Positions 39,883-49,079 of a stretch of DNA of 64,000 nucleotides are shown here, piece by piece. The notes beneath the pieces were generated by a model. The model worked only from the letters and a program-made list of their open reading frames with translations, was not told the origin of the DNA and made no database searches. Made by a program: the position numbers and the translations under genes. This DNA comes from an uncultured Bacillaceae bacterium. GTDB taxonomy: Bacteria; Bacillota; Bacilli; Bacillales; Bacillaceae_B. The stretch is from assembly GCA_963762295.1 (NCBI GenBank), contig CAVXKK010000003.1:265398-329397 (forward strand). Reading direction: 5' to 3'. The stretch's first letter is position 1; each line of letters opens with the position of its first letter.

Positions 39883-40554
39883 TTAAATAAATCTCATCAG
39901 ATACTCTCTGAATATCTTCTCCATTACCTTGGGGGTGTTCTCGATATAAGTCGTCATCTGCTCACTGTTGGATTCGAAAGTATCCTCGCTGCTCTCTTTC
40001 ATCGCAAAATCGGATATGCCTTTTATGATGATGCACTCCACTTGGTTCTTCTTACAGATGTACGCAATAGCCCCTGCTTCAGTATCAGCAATCGTGATGG
40101 TATGTTCCTTAAGCTCTACATAATCCTTCCACATCACCACGGCCTTATCTGCCGTGCCGATCGTTCCCGTATTAAATTCATTCCCGTAAGGTGATAGATC
40201 GATATGAACGATGAAAGATTGCTTGATAAAAGGCTCAATTTCCTTAACAGTGCAGTCATATTGAACGGCTTGATCCGGTACAACAATATCCAAAGGATGG
40301 AACCGTTCATCTATTCCTGCACATGTTCCGGCGACGATCACTTTCGTTAAGCCAAAGGCAGACATCATATACTGATTCGCCCCGACCCCGTTTACTTTCC
40401 TGACGCCGGTGCTATAGAAAACAAGCTCTCGCCCATTGATTGTCCTCATGAAATACTCACCGTAGGGATAGGAAACCCGTTCATGATCTTTGACTCTAAA
40501 ATAATTCAGCGTCGCTTCGAATTCCCATTTTGTCGCGATACTTATACCGATCAT
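39883..40554 (-). CDS. MTA/SAH nucleosidase-like (PNP/UDP phosphorylase family)
   Basis: 'GTCAGID', 'GTIGTADK', 'DTEAGAIA', 'IKGISD'. Confidence 0.82.
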   Translation of the reverse strand: MIGISIATKWEFEATLNYFRVKDHERVSYPYGEYFMRTINGRELVFYSTGVRKVNGVGANQYMMSAFGLTKVIVAGTCAGIDERFHPLDIVVPDQAVQYDCTVKEIEPFIKQSFIVHIDLSPYGNEFNTGTIGTADKAVVMWKDYVELKEHTITIADTEAGAIAYICKKNQVECIIIKGISDFAMKESSEDTFESNSEQMTTYIENTPKVMEKIFREYLMRFI

Positions 40555-40673
40555 GGTTGACCACTCCCCTTTTCCAGTGACCTTATTTTACCATAAACTG
40601 TTATACCCTTACGCAAATCTCAACATAAAAACAGCACCCTGAGTTTCGTTCCTCAAAGTGCTGTTTCATCGAG

Positions 40674-41042
40674 TTACCATAAAAGGCGACCCACCATCAA
40701 CCCGATGTAGGCGCTCAGGATCCCGCCGGCATAGCAGCAGATATTATAGTAGATAAATGCCCGCTTCTCCTTCTTAAGATGAAGCTGAACCCCTTCAAGT
40801 TTGAAGGTGGAAAAAGTGGTGAACGCCCCCATCATCCCTGTGCCGAAGAACAGCATCAGGGTCTGCCCCGCCGTACTCCCCGTCAGGAATCCGAGGATAA
40901 ACGAACCAAGGATATTGACCGTCAGAGTGGAAACGGGCACGGTGGATGAGCTTTTTTTATTGATGGCCTGCGTGGTCGCAAACCGGGCAATGGCTCCGAT
41001 AAAGCCGCCAGCCCCGACGAGCAGAAGGGATAAGAGGCTCAT
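40674..41042 (-). CDS. crcB: Fluoride channel Fluc/CrcB
   Basis: 'GGFIGAIAR', 'TLTVNILGSF', 'GMMGAFTTFSTF'. Confidence 0.93.
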   Translation of the reverse strand: MSLLSLLLVGAGGFIGAIARFATTQAINKKSSSTVPVSTLTVNILGSFILGFLTGSTAGQTLMLFFGTGMMGAFTTFSTFKLEGVQLHLKKEKRAFIYYNICCYAGGILSAYIGLMVGRLLW

Positions 41043-41413
41043 TGGGCACCTTCTTTCTCTGTGAGGCGGAAGCCGAGCCGGCTCATGAAGAGGCCACCGA
41101 AGATACTGAGGGCAATATAAAGGAAGGCCAGCCCCGTCCGTCCGCCTTCAAAGAGGGCGACGGTTTCCACACTCAACGTCGAGAACGTGGTGAAGGAGCC
41201 GATCATCCCTGTCCCGATGGCCGTCTTCACCATGGGAGATAAAGACCATCTCTCCACGAGCACCGTCGTGAAGATCGCCAGTAGAAAACTCCCGATCAGA
41301 TTGGTGACCAACGTGGCAACCGGAAAGACGCTGCCGCTATACACATATATGCCCAGGAGATAGCGAAGCACCGCCCCCACAGCACCAGCCGCACCGACCC
41401 ATACATAGATCAT
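41039..41413 (-). CDS. crcB: Fluoride channel Fluc/CrcB (second subunit)
   Basis: 'GAVLRY', 'TLVTNLIGSF', 'GMIGSFTTFST'. Confidence 0.93.
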   Translation of the reverse strand: MIYVWVGAAGAVGAVLRYLLGIYVYSGSVFPVATLVTNLIGSFLLAIFTTVLVERWSLSPMVKTAIGTGMIGSFTTFSTLSVETVALFEGGRTGLAFLYIALSIFGGLFMSRLGFRLTEKEGAQ

Positions 41414-41607
41414 GATGAAAAACTCCTTTATTTTACGGATGAATGATATCCAGATTATCTTACACCACTTGGTGAGGGGAAAGAAAGTCGCGATCTACGA
41501 TGTAATTTGATCAAGTGAACGAATGTGGGCATGCTTCAAGCGCAAAACAAGAGGAAATGAACAAAAATAGACGGATTTGTACCACCTGCCACGCCCACTT
41601 GGTTCAC

Positions 41608-41771
41608 TTACTTTCAACTTTGGATCATTTCCTTTCAAGTTTGACGTTTCTACTTTCAACTACGCGGATTTTATTTTCAACTTCTCTCAAAGGCTAATTC
41701 TCATCATCAACTCATTTCCTTTTTCATCAACTACCCCACTTTACTTTCAACTTTCTCCCTGTATCACCAAC
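41608..41771 (+). repeat. Phased 11-mer array, copy B (8 motifs, spacing 21,21,21,30,20,20,20)
   Basis: Motifs start at 41608, 41629, 41650, 41671, 41701, 41721, 41741, 41761. Confidence 0.85.
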
Positions 41772-41900
41772 TTCACTCAACAAAACAGCAAAAAGCACCC
41801 GCCACATCCATATGGCTGGTGCTCCTTCTACTAGTCTCTTTATGGTCGCGACGACTAGACGTACCCAGTCCCTTTTGCCGAGTTTCCAATCCTGTCTACA

Positions 41901-42131
41901 TCACGACGATATACCTTTATAAGGACGATCTTGCCGTCTTTTTCTTGTTCTGAACCAAAGTGTCGGGAGGACATATCCACTTAGCACCATCAGTCCGACG
42001 GAACAGATCCGCAACAGGATACCGAGAAAAGAACCCGATTCCTGCAGGTCCCTGGCCTGACTGACATAGTAATAGAGGGCGCTGGCGGCTGCGAGATAGA
42101 CGAGGGAATAGAAGAACCTCCTCATCGCCAT
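41901..42131 (-). CDS. Small two-TM membrane protein
   Basis: Overlaps the stop of the phosphotransferase gene; hydrophobic. Confidence 0.55.
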   Translation of the reverse strand: MAMRRFFYSLVYLAAASALYYYVSQARDLQESGSFLGILLRICSVGLMVLSGYVLPTLWFRTRKRRQDRPYKGISS

Positions 42132-42910
42132 AGATGCCCTTCGCGGTTGATGAACTCCAGCTCGCGTTCGTAGTGATCATAATGCCCTTCCTCGATCATC
42201 CGCTGGAACGCCGCATCCCCTTCTGCCGCCTTCCGCTTCATCGTCGATTGGAGGGCTTGAACGCGGCGCTTTACCACGTCAAGGATGCCTTCCTTCAGGT
42301 GCTCCATTCCATAGGCCTTGAAAAAGAGATCGATCCGTTCCTTCCGTATGTGGGCATCCCTGCTCGCTTCATAGTAGACCGCTTCCCCGTTCTCATCGAG
42401 ATGTCCCACTCCAAGAGGCACGCACGTATAGAGGGCATATGCCACATCCCATACCCGGGGACCTGGGGCCGCCACATCAAAATCGATGATCCCCGCGACC
42501 TGCTTGTTGTGGAAAATAACATTGTAGATTGCGAAGTCATTATGACAGATCAATTCATAAGGTCCCGGCGTATCATCAAGAGGCTCCCATTCTTCCTCGA
42601 ACGGGAAATCACTTACCGCATCGTGGTAGCCACGAAGCATTTTCGCAATGTCGACTAGGACTTCATCCGACCACATATACGATTTGAGTGGATAATTCCC
42701 GGCTTCCCCATTCAGATATGAAAGCACCTCCCTCCCCTTTTCATCAATCCCATTGAACCTAGGAGCATGGGCAAATCCTTTCTCTTCCAAGTGTTTCAAC
42801 AGCTTATGTATCCTTTCGCTCTCAAGCTTGATTTCCCGGCGGACCGTGTTTTCCACTCGATATACCTGCGAGACACTCCCTCCGGATAGCTTTTCTTCCT
42901 GTTGACTCAT
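42122..42910 (-). CDS. Aminoglycoside phosphotransferase-family kinase (trifolitoxin-immunity-like subgroup)
   Basis: 'ICHNDFAIYNVIF', 'IIDFDVAAPGPRVWD'. Confidence 0.85.
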   Translation of the reverse strand: MSQQEEKLSGGSVSQVYRVENTVRREIKLESERIHKLLKHLEEKGFAHAPRFNGIDEKGREVLSYLNGEAGNYPLKSYMWSDEVLVDIAKMLRGYHDAVSDFPFEEEWEPLDDTPGPYELICHNDFAIYNVIFHNKQVAGIIDFDVAAPGPRVWDVAYALYTCVPLGVGHLDENGEAVYYEASRDAHIRKERIDLFFKAYGMEHLKEGILDVVKRRVQALQSTMKRKAAEGDAAFQRMIEEGHYDHYERELEFINREGHLWR

Positions 42911-42926
42911 CCTAAAACCCCCTTTC

Positions 42927-43415
42927 CTAAATCATAAAAATGATGATCAAAAGCACCACGACTCCGATGCCCAGTGAATAGCCCGGAACCTTTTGTTTAT
43001 CGCGTGCTTGGCGATTAACGATCGACACGATCCAAAAATAAAATAGCCAAATGAAATACACAAGCAGCGCATACATGATCCAGCGATGTCCGTCCACCCA
43101 TTCAAACAGGCTACCGCTCATGCCAAGCATGAGGTAGACGGTGATGGAAACGACCCCGATGATGAGCAGCAGGATCGGTGCACTCTTCCAGAATCGTGCC
43201 TGGAACAGATCCGGTTTCTTCTGAAGCTGCAGCATCAGAAGAAGGTACGCACATCCCGTGACACCGAGAATGAACAGGGCCACGAGCAGCGTAACCACGA
43301 ACGTCATCCCCTCATTCCCCGGCGTGACGCTGATCGGGACATCGGCGACATCTACGAAGAACAGAAGGATGATGAGGGTGAGGATCGTCAGTACTTGATA
43401 TAGGGTCCATTTCAT
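42927..43415 (-). CDS. Hypothetical membrane protein
   Basis: Five hydrophobic segments; AAGGAG upstream; start uncertain. Confidence 0.7.
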   Translation of the reverse strand: MKWTLYQVLTILTLIILLFFVDVADVPISVTPGNEGMTFVVTLLVALFILGVTGCAYLLLMLQLQKKPDLFQARFWKSAPILLLIIGVVSITVYLMLGMSGSLFEWVDGHRWIMYALLVYFIWLFYFWIVSIVNRQARDKQKVPGYSLGIGVVVLLIIIFMI

Positions 43416-43637
43416 TGAATTGATAGAATCACTCCTTGGTGTTGATTTGCTGGTGGAATAGCGGGAACGGTTGGGTGGTGATGAAGAAATCGTCCACCGC
43501 TGTGTGGATTCCCTTTCCTTTTCATACGAATTCAATCGTAAAAAGATTCAATCCAGCCGAATCCAGTTCTTCCGGTGCCTCGCACAGGAGGAGTCTATTA
43601 TTGTATGTTCCTTCCATTCTATCAAATGCATATGGGA

Positions 43638-43822
43638 GTTGGTAAAAACATAGGGAACTTGGTTGTAGCGAGACGAAGTCGGTAGTAATGCATGAAAGTT
43701 GGTCATAAGTCTCCTATGTTCGTAATAGGATTTTCGTCAAAACACAGAGTTGGTAATAAAAATTCGATTCCCGGTAGAAAAATTCAAATAGTCGGTAGTA
43801 TTTTTTTGATTGTCGGTAATAA
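43638..43822 (-). repeat. Phased 11-mer array, copy C (9 motifs, minus strand, spacing 21,21,21,31,20,20,20,20)
   Basis: Plus-strand GTTGGT/GTCGGT-type cores at 43812, 43791, 43770, 43749, 43718, 43698, 43678, 43658, 43638. Confidence 0.85.
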
Positions 43823-43870
43823 ATTTGAATGTGGCTGTGTCAAAGATTTCTAGAATCATGAAGAATGGGG

Positions 43871-43879
43871 TTATCCACA
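43871..43879 (+). promoter_or_regulatory. Consensus DnaA box TTATCCACA
   Basis: Exact 9-mer in intergenic DNA; a single box may be chance. Confidence 0.35.
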
Positions 43880-44091
43880 GATTATGAAGGAAACCTCATC
43901 TCTCTTCACATACTTTCCTGTGCAGCAACTACATTCTCCCTCCGCCAGCACGTCGCCATTAATAGAACAAATGCTATTCCCGAGATTCCAAGACTGATTG
44001 AAACGACGATCATCTTGATTCCCAGCGTTTCACTCAAAAAAAAGCAGAAAAAGGAAAATCCCCTTCCTGCTTCTTCATTTCTCCCTCAACC

Positions 44092-44574
44092 TCACAACCT
44101 CATCTTCTCCCATTCCGCCACCTTCTCGATCCCGCTGTCTTCCATCCTGCCCATGAGCACCAAGCCTTTGGCATACGATTCGTCCTTGTAATACAGCGTG
44201 ATGTCTCCCCATGGAGCGTAGTAGGCAAAGTCACCTGCTGAAGGAGTGTCTCCTTCGGGAGCTCCTTCGGTCGTCAGCTTTTTCGGCGGGTAGCTGAGCT
44301 TCTCGAATCCGCCGAAGTCCTTGAAGCTGAGCTCCAGTGGAAGCTGGTCTATAAAGTCCCTTCTCGTGGGATTGTCGTACATAGTAATCTCGACTTCCTC
44401 TCCCCCGATTTCGGCGATAATGATCATCTCTTCAGTCGGTTTCACAACGTTCTCCTCCTTTTCAGGCACGGTCTTGGTTCGTTCACGAGGTTCGGGCGCA
44501 TCCGATCCGCAGGCAGATGCGATCAGTACCAGCATCACAATGGCCACACCGATTACGAATAACTGCCCTCTCAT
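44092..44574 (-). CDS. Lipoprotein with cyclophilin-like fold; C-terminus possibly frameshifted
   Basis: Lipobox ASAC; 'DNPTRRDFIDQLPL', 'GDFAYYAPWGDITLYY'. Confidence 0.8.
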   Translation of the reverse strand: MRGQLFVIGVAIVMLVLIASACGSDAPEPRERTKTVPEKEENVVKPTEEMIIIAEIGGEEVEITMYDNPTRRDFIDQLPLELSFKDFGGFEKLSYPPKKLTTEGAPEGDTPSAGDFAYYAPWGDITLYYKDESYAKGLVLMGRMEDSGIEKVAEWEKMRL

Positions 44575-45152
44575 TCACTCTCTTCCTCGATCGTCTTCAC
44601 CACTTTTGCCGGCACGCCTGCCACAACGGTTCCTTCCGGGACATCCTTCGTGACAACGGCTCCTGCTGCGACGACGGCGCGGTCACCGATGGTCACGCCC
44701 GGCAGGATCGTCGCACCCGACCCGACCCACACATTTTTTCCAATAGTGATGGGAGATGCATACGTGGTATTCCTCGTTTTCATATCGAGACCGTGATTCA
44801 GCGTGGAGATGTTGACATTCATACCGATCAGGCTGCCGTCGCCGATGTGGATGCCGCCGCGGTCCTGGAACGAACAGCCTGTGTTGAAGAACACGTCCTT
44901 CCCGATTGAGATGTTCTTGCCGAAGTCTGTATAGAACGGCGGGAAGCACATAAACGAATCGTCTACTTCACGACCGGTAAGTTCACGGAAGATCTCGACG
45001 ATTTCTTCTTTGGAATGATAGCTCGTATTCAGCTTCATCGTCATCCGCTGAGCTTCAAAACTGCAGTCCGTCAGCATGCCGTGAAGTACCTTATCCTCGC
45101 CCGCAATCGGGTGTCCCGCCCTGCAGTATTCAATGAATTCGTCCATATTCAT
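44571..45152 (-). CDS. Sugar O-acetyltransferase (hexapeptide repeat)
   Basis: 'PPFYTDFGKNI', 'FQDRGGI', 'AGVPAKVV'. Confidence 0.9.
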   Translation of the reverse strand: MNMDEFIEYCRAGHPIAGEDKVLHGMLTDCSFEAQRMTMKLNTSYHSKEEIVEIFRELTGREVDDSFMCFPPFYTDFGKNISIGKDVFFNTGCSFQDRGGIHIGDGSLIGMNVNISTLNHGLDMKTRNTTYASPITIGKNVWVGSGATILPGVTIGDRAVVAAGAVVTKDVPEGTVVAGVPAKVVKTIEEESE

Positions 45153-45266
45153 ATGATGACCACCTTTCAAACCTATTCTTCTTTTATGGTAAGATGGTAT
45201 GATTAAAATAACAAATACCTATAGCAAATACACTCATATAGCTAAAATGCATAGGAGGAAACGTTT

Positions 45267-46169
45267 ATGGATATTCGAATACTCCGCTACTTCCTCGCTG
45301 TTGCCCGGGAGGAGAGCATATCCCATGCCGCGAAGGCCCTGCATGTATCGCAGCCGACCCTTTCCCGGCAGCTGGCCGACTTGGAAACCGATCTAGGGAC
45401 AACACTGTTCATCAGGGGCAACCGGCGGATCTCCCTCACGGAAGAGGGCCATTTTTTAGTGAAAAAGGCAAAAGAAATCGTCGCCCTCGTCGACAAGACC
45501 GAGGCGAACTTCAAGCAGCCGATCGACTCCGTCACAGGCGAAATCACCATCGGCGCAGGGGAAACCGAGGCCATGGGGCTCATCGGGCGGTCCCTTCATG
45601 CCCTATTGACTGAACATCCCGGCATCCGGTTCCACCTTTACAGCGGGAATGCCGACGATCTCATGGAAAAACTCGACTCTGGCGTCCTGGACTTCGGCTT
45701 GGTCATCGAGCCGACCAACAAGGAGAAATATGAGTATCTCCACCTTCCCGCCTTCGATACGTGGGGTGTGCTCATGCGAAGGGACAGCCCCCTTGCCGCC
45801 CTCGACACCATCACACCGGAGGAGCTTGCCGATCGCCCCCTCATCCTTTCACGGCAGACGACCGTCGACAATGAGCTCACCGGCTGGTTCGGTCGTGACA
45901 TCGGGGACCTGACAATCGTCGGTACCTATAATCTCCTCTACAACGCGTCCCTCATGGTGAAAGAAGGACTCGGCTACACCGTCTGTCTGGAGAAGATCAT
46001 CCCGACGCCGGAGGATGGGGAGCTTGTATTCAGGCCCCTTAACCCCGGACTCCATGCCGGCTTGAATCTCATCTGGAAGAAGCACGGGATGCATTCTGCC
46101 GCGGCCAACGCCTTCCTCGATCACACCCGCAGGACGATCCACGCAAAAAAAGAAGACCCCGAAGGCTGA
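45267..46169 (+). CDS. LysR-family regulator
   Basis: 'LRYFLAVAREESISHAAKALHVSQPTLSRQL'. Confidence 0.95.
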   Translation: MDIRILRYFLAVAREESISHAAKALHVSQPTLSRQLADLETDLGTTLFIRGNRRISLTEEGHFLVKKAKEIVALVDKTEANFKQPIDSVTGEITIGAGETEAMGLIGRSLHALLTEHPGIRFHLYSGNADDLMEKLDSGVLDFGLVIEPTNKEKYEYLHLPAFDTWGVLMRRDSPLAALDTITPEELADRPLILSRQTTVDNELTGWFGRDIGDLTIVGTYNLLYNASLMVKEGLGYTVCLEKIIPTPEDGELVFRPLNPGLHAGLNLIWKKHGMHSAAANAFLDHTRRTIHAKKEDPEG

Positions 46170-46189
46170 ACCTCCGGGGTCTATCACAA

Positions 46190-47230
46190 TTAAATCGTGC
46201 TCGTATCAATAACGAACCGGTATTTCACATCAGAAGCCAATACGCGCTTGTACGCTTCATCGATCTGATCCGCCGAGATGAGCTCGATCTTCGGTGCGAT
46301 GTTGTGCTCTGCACAGAAATTGAGCATCTCTTGTGTTTCTTGAATGCCGCCGATCATGGAACCGGCGAAAGAACGACGGTGGCCGATGAGGGACATGACG
46401 TTCAGTGACATCGGTTCTCCCGGTGCGCCCACATTGACGAGCGTCCCGTCAAGCGTCAGGAGGGAGAAGTACGCATCAATGTCGATGTTGGCGCTGACCG
46501 TGTTGATGATCAGGTCGAAGCGGCCTTTCAGCTTCTCGAATGTTTCCGGATCCTTCGTTGCATAGTACTCCTCGGCACCGAAGGCGAGTCCGTCTTCCTC
46601 TTTGTTCAGGGTTTGAGAAAGGACCGTCACCTCTGCTCCCATAGCGTGGGCGATCTTCACGGCCATATGGCCAAGTCCACCCATCCCGACGATGGCGACT
46701 TTTTTGCCTGGGCCGGCATTCCAGTGGTGAAGCGGTGAATACGTGGTGATTCCTGCGCATAGAAGCGGTGCCGCTGCATCAAGCTCGATGCCATCCGGGA
46801 TGTGCAAGGCGAAATCTTCCGTCACGACGATATGTGTAGAATAGCCACCTTGTGTCGGCTCGCCGTATTTGTCAACGCCCGCATAGGTCGGCACATTGCC
46901 TTCAAGACAGTACTGCTCCTCGCCAGCCTTACAGTTGACGCATTCGCAGCATGAATCGACCATGCAGCCGACGCCTGCGCGGTCGCCCACCTTGAACTTC
47001 GACACACCAGAGCCTACTTCCGTAATGATCCCGGCAATTTCATGCCCCGGAACGAGTGGGTAACTCACTTCTCCCCACTCACCGTGGGCTGTATGGATAT
47101 CAGAGTGACAGATCCCTGCGAATTTGATTTCGATCAGTACATCCTTGTCATCCAGTTCGCGTCGTTTGATTTCTGCTGAGCGGAAAGCCTTGTCCGGCCC
47201 GTCCACTGCGCGTGCTTTTGCCATAACCAT
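46190..47230 (-). CDS. adhA: Zn-dependent NADP alcohol/aldehyde dehydrogenase (AdhA-like)
   Basis: 'GICHSD', 'PGHEIAG', structural-Zn Cys cluster, 'GMGGLG', 'DVKYRFVID'. Confidence 0.9.
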   Translation of the reverse strand: MVMAKARAVDGPDKAFRSAEIKRRELDDKDVLIEIKFAGICHSDIHTAHGEWGEVSYPLVPGHEIAGIITEVGSGVSKFKVGDRAGVGCMVDSCCECVNCKAGEEQYCLEGNVPTYAGVDKYGEPTQGGYSTHIVVTEDFALHIPDGIELDAAAPLLCAGITTYSPLHHWNAGPGKKVAIVGMGGLGHMAVKIAHAMGAEVTVLSQTLNKEEDGLAFGAEEYYATKDPETFEKLKGRFDLIINTVSANIDIDAYFSLLTLDGTLVNVGAPGEPMSLNVMSLIGHRRSFAGSMIGGIQETQEMLNFCAEHNIAPKIELISADQIDEAYKRVLASDVKYRFVIDTSTI

Positions 47231-47315
47231 AGATAGTTCCTCCTCGAATTCTAATTGTCCCAAGTCAGGGTGTCGTGCTCCTACTGCTATCCCCGTTTTC
47301 CTCTTAGACGAAACC

Positions 47316-47346
47316 ATCGTACTGCCTCTAGTTCACTCTAGGTCAA
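47316..47346 (-). promoter_or_regulatory. MerR-type promoter TTGACC-N19-TACGAT for adhA
   Basis: 19-bp spacer with imperfect inverted repeat, facing AdhR-like gene. Confidence 0.65.
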
Positions 47347-47423
47347 GCACGAAGCTCCCTTTTGACAACCGGTGAACACCGTGGTATCTTTCCAATCAGA
47401 TGAACACGAAAAGGGGAACCCTC

Positions 47424-47831
47424 ATGAAAACCTACTCCATCAGCGAAGTTGCCAAGGAACTGAACCTCACCATCTATACCCTCCGCTATTATGACAAAGA
47501 AGGACTCATGCCCTTCGTGGAACGCAGTCCGAACGGCGTCCGCCTTTTCAAGGACTCCGATATCTCCACGCTCCGCATCATCGAATGCCTGAAATCCACC
47601 GGCATGCCTATCAAAGACATCAAAACCTTCATCGACTGGTGCACCGAAGGCGACTCCACCCTCCAGGAACGTCACGACCTCTTCATGGAACGGAAGGCCA
47701 CCGTGGAAAAGCAGATGGCGGACCTGATGAAGACGATGGAAGTGATCGACCACAAATGTAGCTACTACAAGGAAGCCCTAGCTGCTGGGACGGAAGAGAT
47801 CCATCGTGACAGGAAAATTGAGATTCAATAA
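47424..47831 (+). CDS. adhR: MerR/NmlR-family regulator (AdhR-like)
   Basis: 'YSISEVAKELNLTIYTLRYYDKEGL', conserved Cys in 'IECLKSTGMPIKDI'. Confidence 0.85.
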   Translation: MKTYSISEVAKELNLTIYTLRYYDKEGLMPFVERSPNGVRLFKDSDISTLRIIECLKSTGMPIKDIKTFIDWCTEGDSTLQERHDLFMERKATVEKQMADLMKTMEVIDHKCSYYKEALAAGTEEIHRDRKIEIQ

Positions 47832-47862
47832 AAAACGCCCTGGACTGGGCGTTTTTTCACAC

Positions 47863-48387
47863 TTAATTCGAATCCACCGTCAGCCGATGCTGATGGCAGT
47901 GGATGCATCGGAACAGATACCCCTGCAGCGCCCCATCATTGACCAGCCATTCCTTCAGCTTCTCCTTCGGCATGTTATAGGTGGCCATGATCTCGTTCAA
48001 GTCGCCGGCAAGTTCTTCCTCCAGATGCTCGATTTCCTTCCACCCGACATACTCAACAATCGCACAGAAGTCCCCGCAGTGACTGAGCCAATGCTCCTGC
48101 TGCCACCCGAAGTACCCCGGCGTCCGGTAAACAAGTTCGTCTATGTACGCTTCTTTCTCCACTTCCTCACAGCTCGCATCGTCCTGAAAAGAGCCCTCAT
48201 ACTTCTCGGCCGCCGACCCGTCCGCGATGCACCACGGGCAGATCCCCTCCACATCCTCAACGGAATAGAACGGTCCCTTATATACATAGTCCCGCTCCTT
48301 GTTGCAGACCGGACAATCGGTCTTTTCCTTCTTGATGACCTCCAGCTTGATCGGATCCGGATTATACTTAAATGTTGGCAGTGTCAT
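47863..48387 (-). CDS. CbrC/UPF0167-family protein
   Basis: 'LPTFKYNPDP', 'CPWCIADGSAA', 'RTPGYFGWQQEHWLSHCGDFC', 'YLFRCIHC'. Confidence 0.88.
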   Translation of the reverse strand: MTLPTFKYNPDPIKLEVIKKEKTDCPVCNKERDYVYKGPFYSVEDVEGICPWCIADGSAAEKYEGSFQDDASCEEVEKEAYIDELVYRTPGYFGWQQEHWLSHCGDFCAIVEYVGWKEIEHLEEELAGDLNEIMATYNMPKEKLKEWLVNDGALQGYLFRCIHCHQHRLTVDSN

Positions 48388-48653
48388 ACGATGGTCCCCT
48401 CCTATATTCAATGATCCCTAAGGCAGAAAAAAATCAAGCATGGCCGTAATGATGATCGCCTGCGCACACGTGATCATGAGTTCATCCTTCCAGTGCGTTC
48501 TGCCGAATCGACTGAGAAGACGCGCAATGACAAAAGCAAAAAACCAGATAGCCAGAAATGTATAAAGCCAGGCCAAACCTAACACCTCAACCCATTTTTC
48601 TCCATCTTATCACATGCCCCTTATGCAGAAAATGATAGATGACTAGAAAACAG

Positions 48654-48719
48654 TTGACGTATGGAAAGCGGCGCCATACAATTATACCTAGATAAACTAT
48701 GCATAGATAATCTAGGTAT
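48654..48719 (+). promoter_or_regulatory. SigA promoter TTGACG-N17-TACAAT followed by a 36-bp near-perfect palindrome (tandem PadR operators)
   Basis: ATACCTAGATAAACTATG|CATAGATAATCTAGGTAT at 48684-48719, two mismatches. Confidence 0.7.
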
Positions 48720-48725
48720 GAAAGG

Positions 48726-49079
48726 ATGACTACGGTGAAAGTGAACAAAGAATTGGTTAAAGGAAGCACAGCGACGCTTATTCTCAGCCTGCTGAATGAC
48801 CGTCCCATGTACGGTTATGAATTGATCAAGGTCATGGAGGAGCGCTCAAAAGGGATATTCAGCCTGAAGGAAGGAACTCTCTATCCTCTCCTTCATTCAT
48901 TGGAGGAGCAAGGTGTGATCGAAGCCTATTGGGGACAGGGAGATACGGGCAGGAAGCGTAAGTACTACCGCATCACAAAAAGCGGGCAGGCCTTCATGGT
49001 CGAGAAAAAAGAAGAATGGTCCACCTTTAAAGGTGCGGTGGATGACATCCTGGGATGGGAGAGGGTTTCATGGGAATGA
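48726..49079 (+). CDS. PadR-family regulator
   Basis: 'LVKGS...MYGYEL...LKEGTLYPLLHSLE...RKYYRIT'. Confidence 0.94.
   Translation: MTTVKVNKELVKGSTATLILSLLNDRPMYGYELIKVMEERSKGIFSLKEGTLYPLLHSLEEQGVIEAYWGQGDTGRKRKYYRITKSGQAFMVEKKEEWSTFKGAVDDILGWERVSWE

Noticed and set aside
41414-41560. Fluoride (crcB) riboswitch upstream of crcB
   Set aside because: The conserved GGCGAUG...GUUCGCC core was not found on the minus strand.
43430-43620. Riboswitch or small gene in the leader of the membrane protein at 43415
   Set aside because: No recognisable aptamer; a ~60-codon frame contains an internal TGA and no identifiable family.
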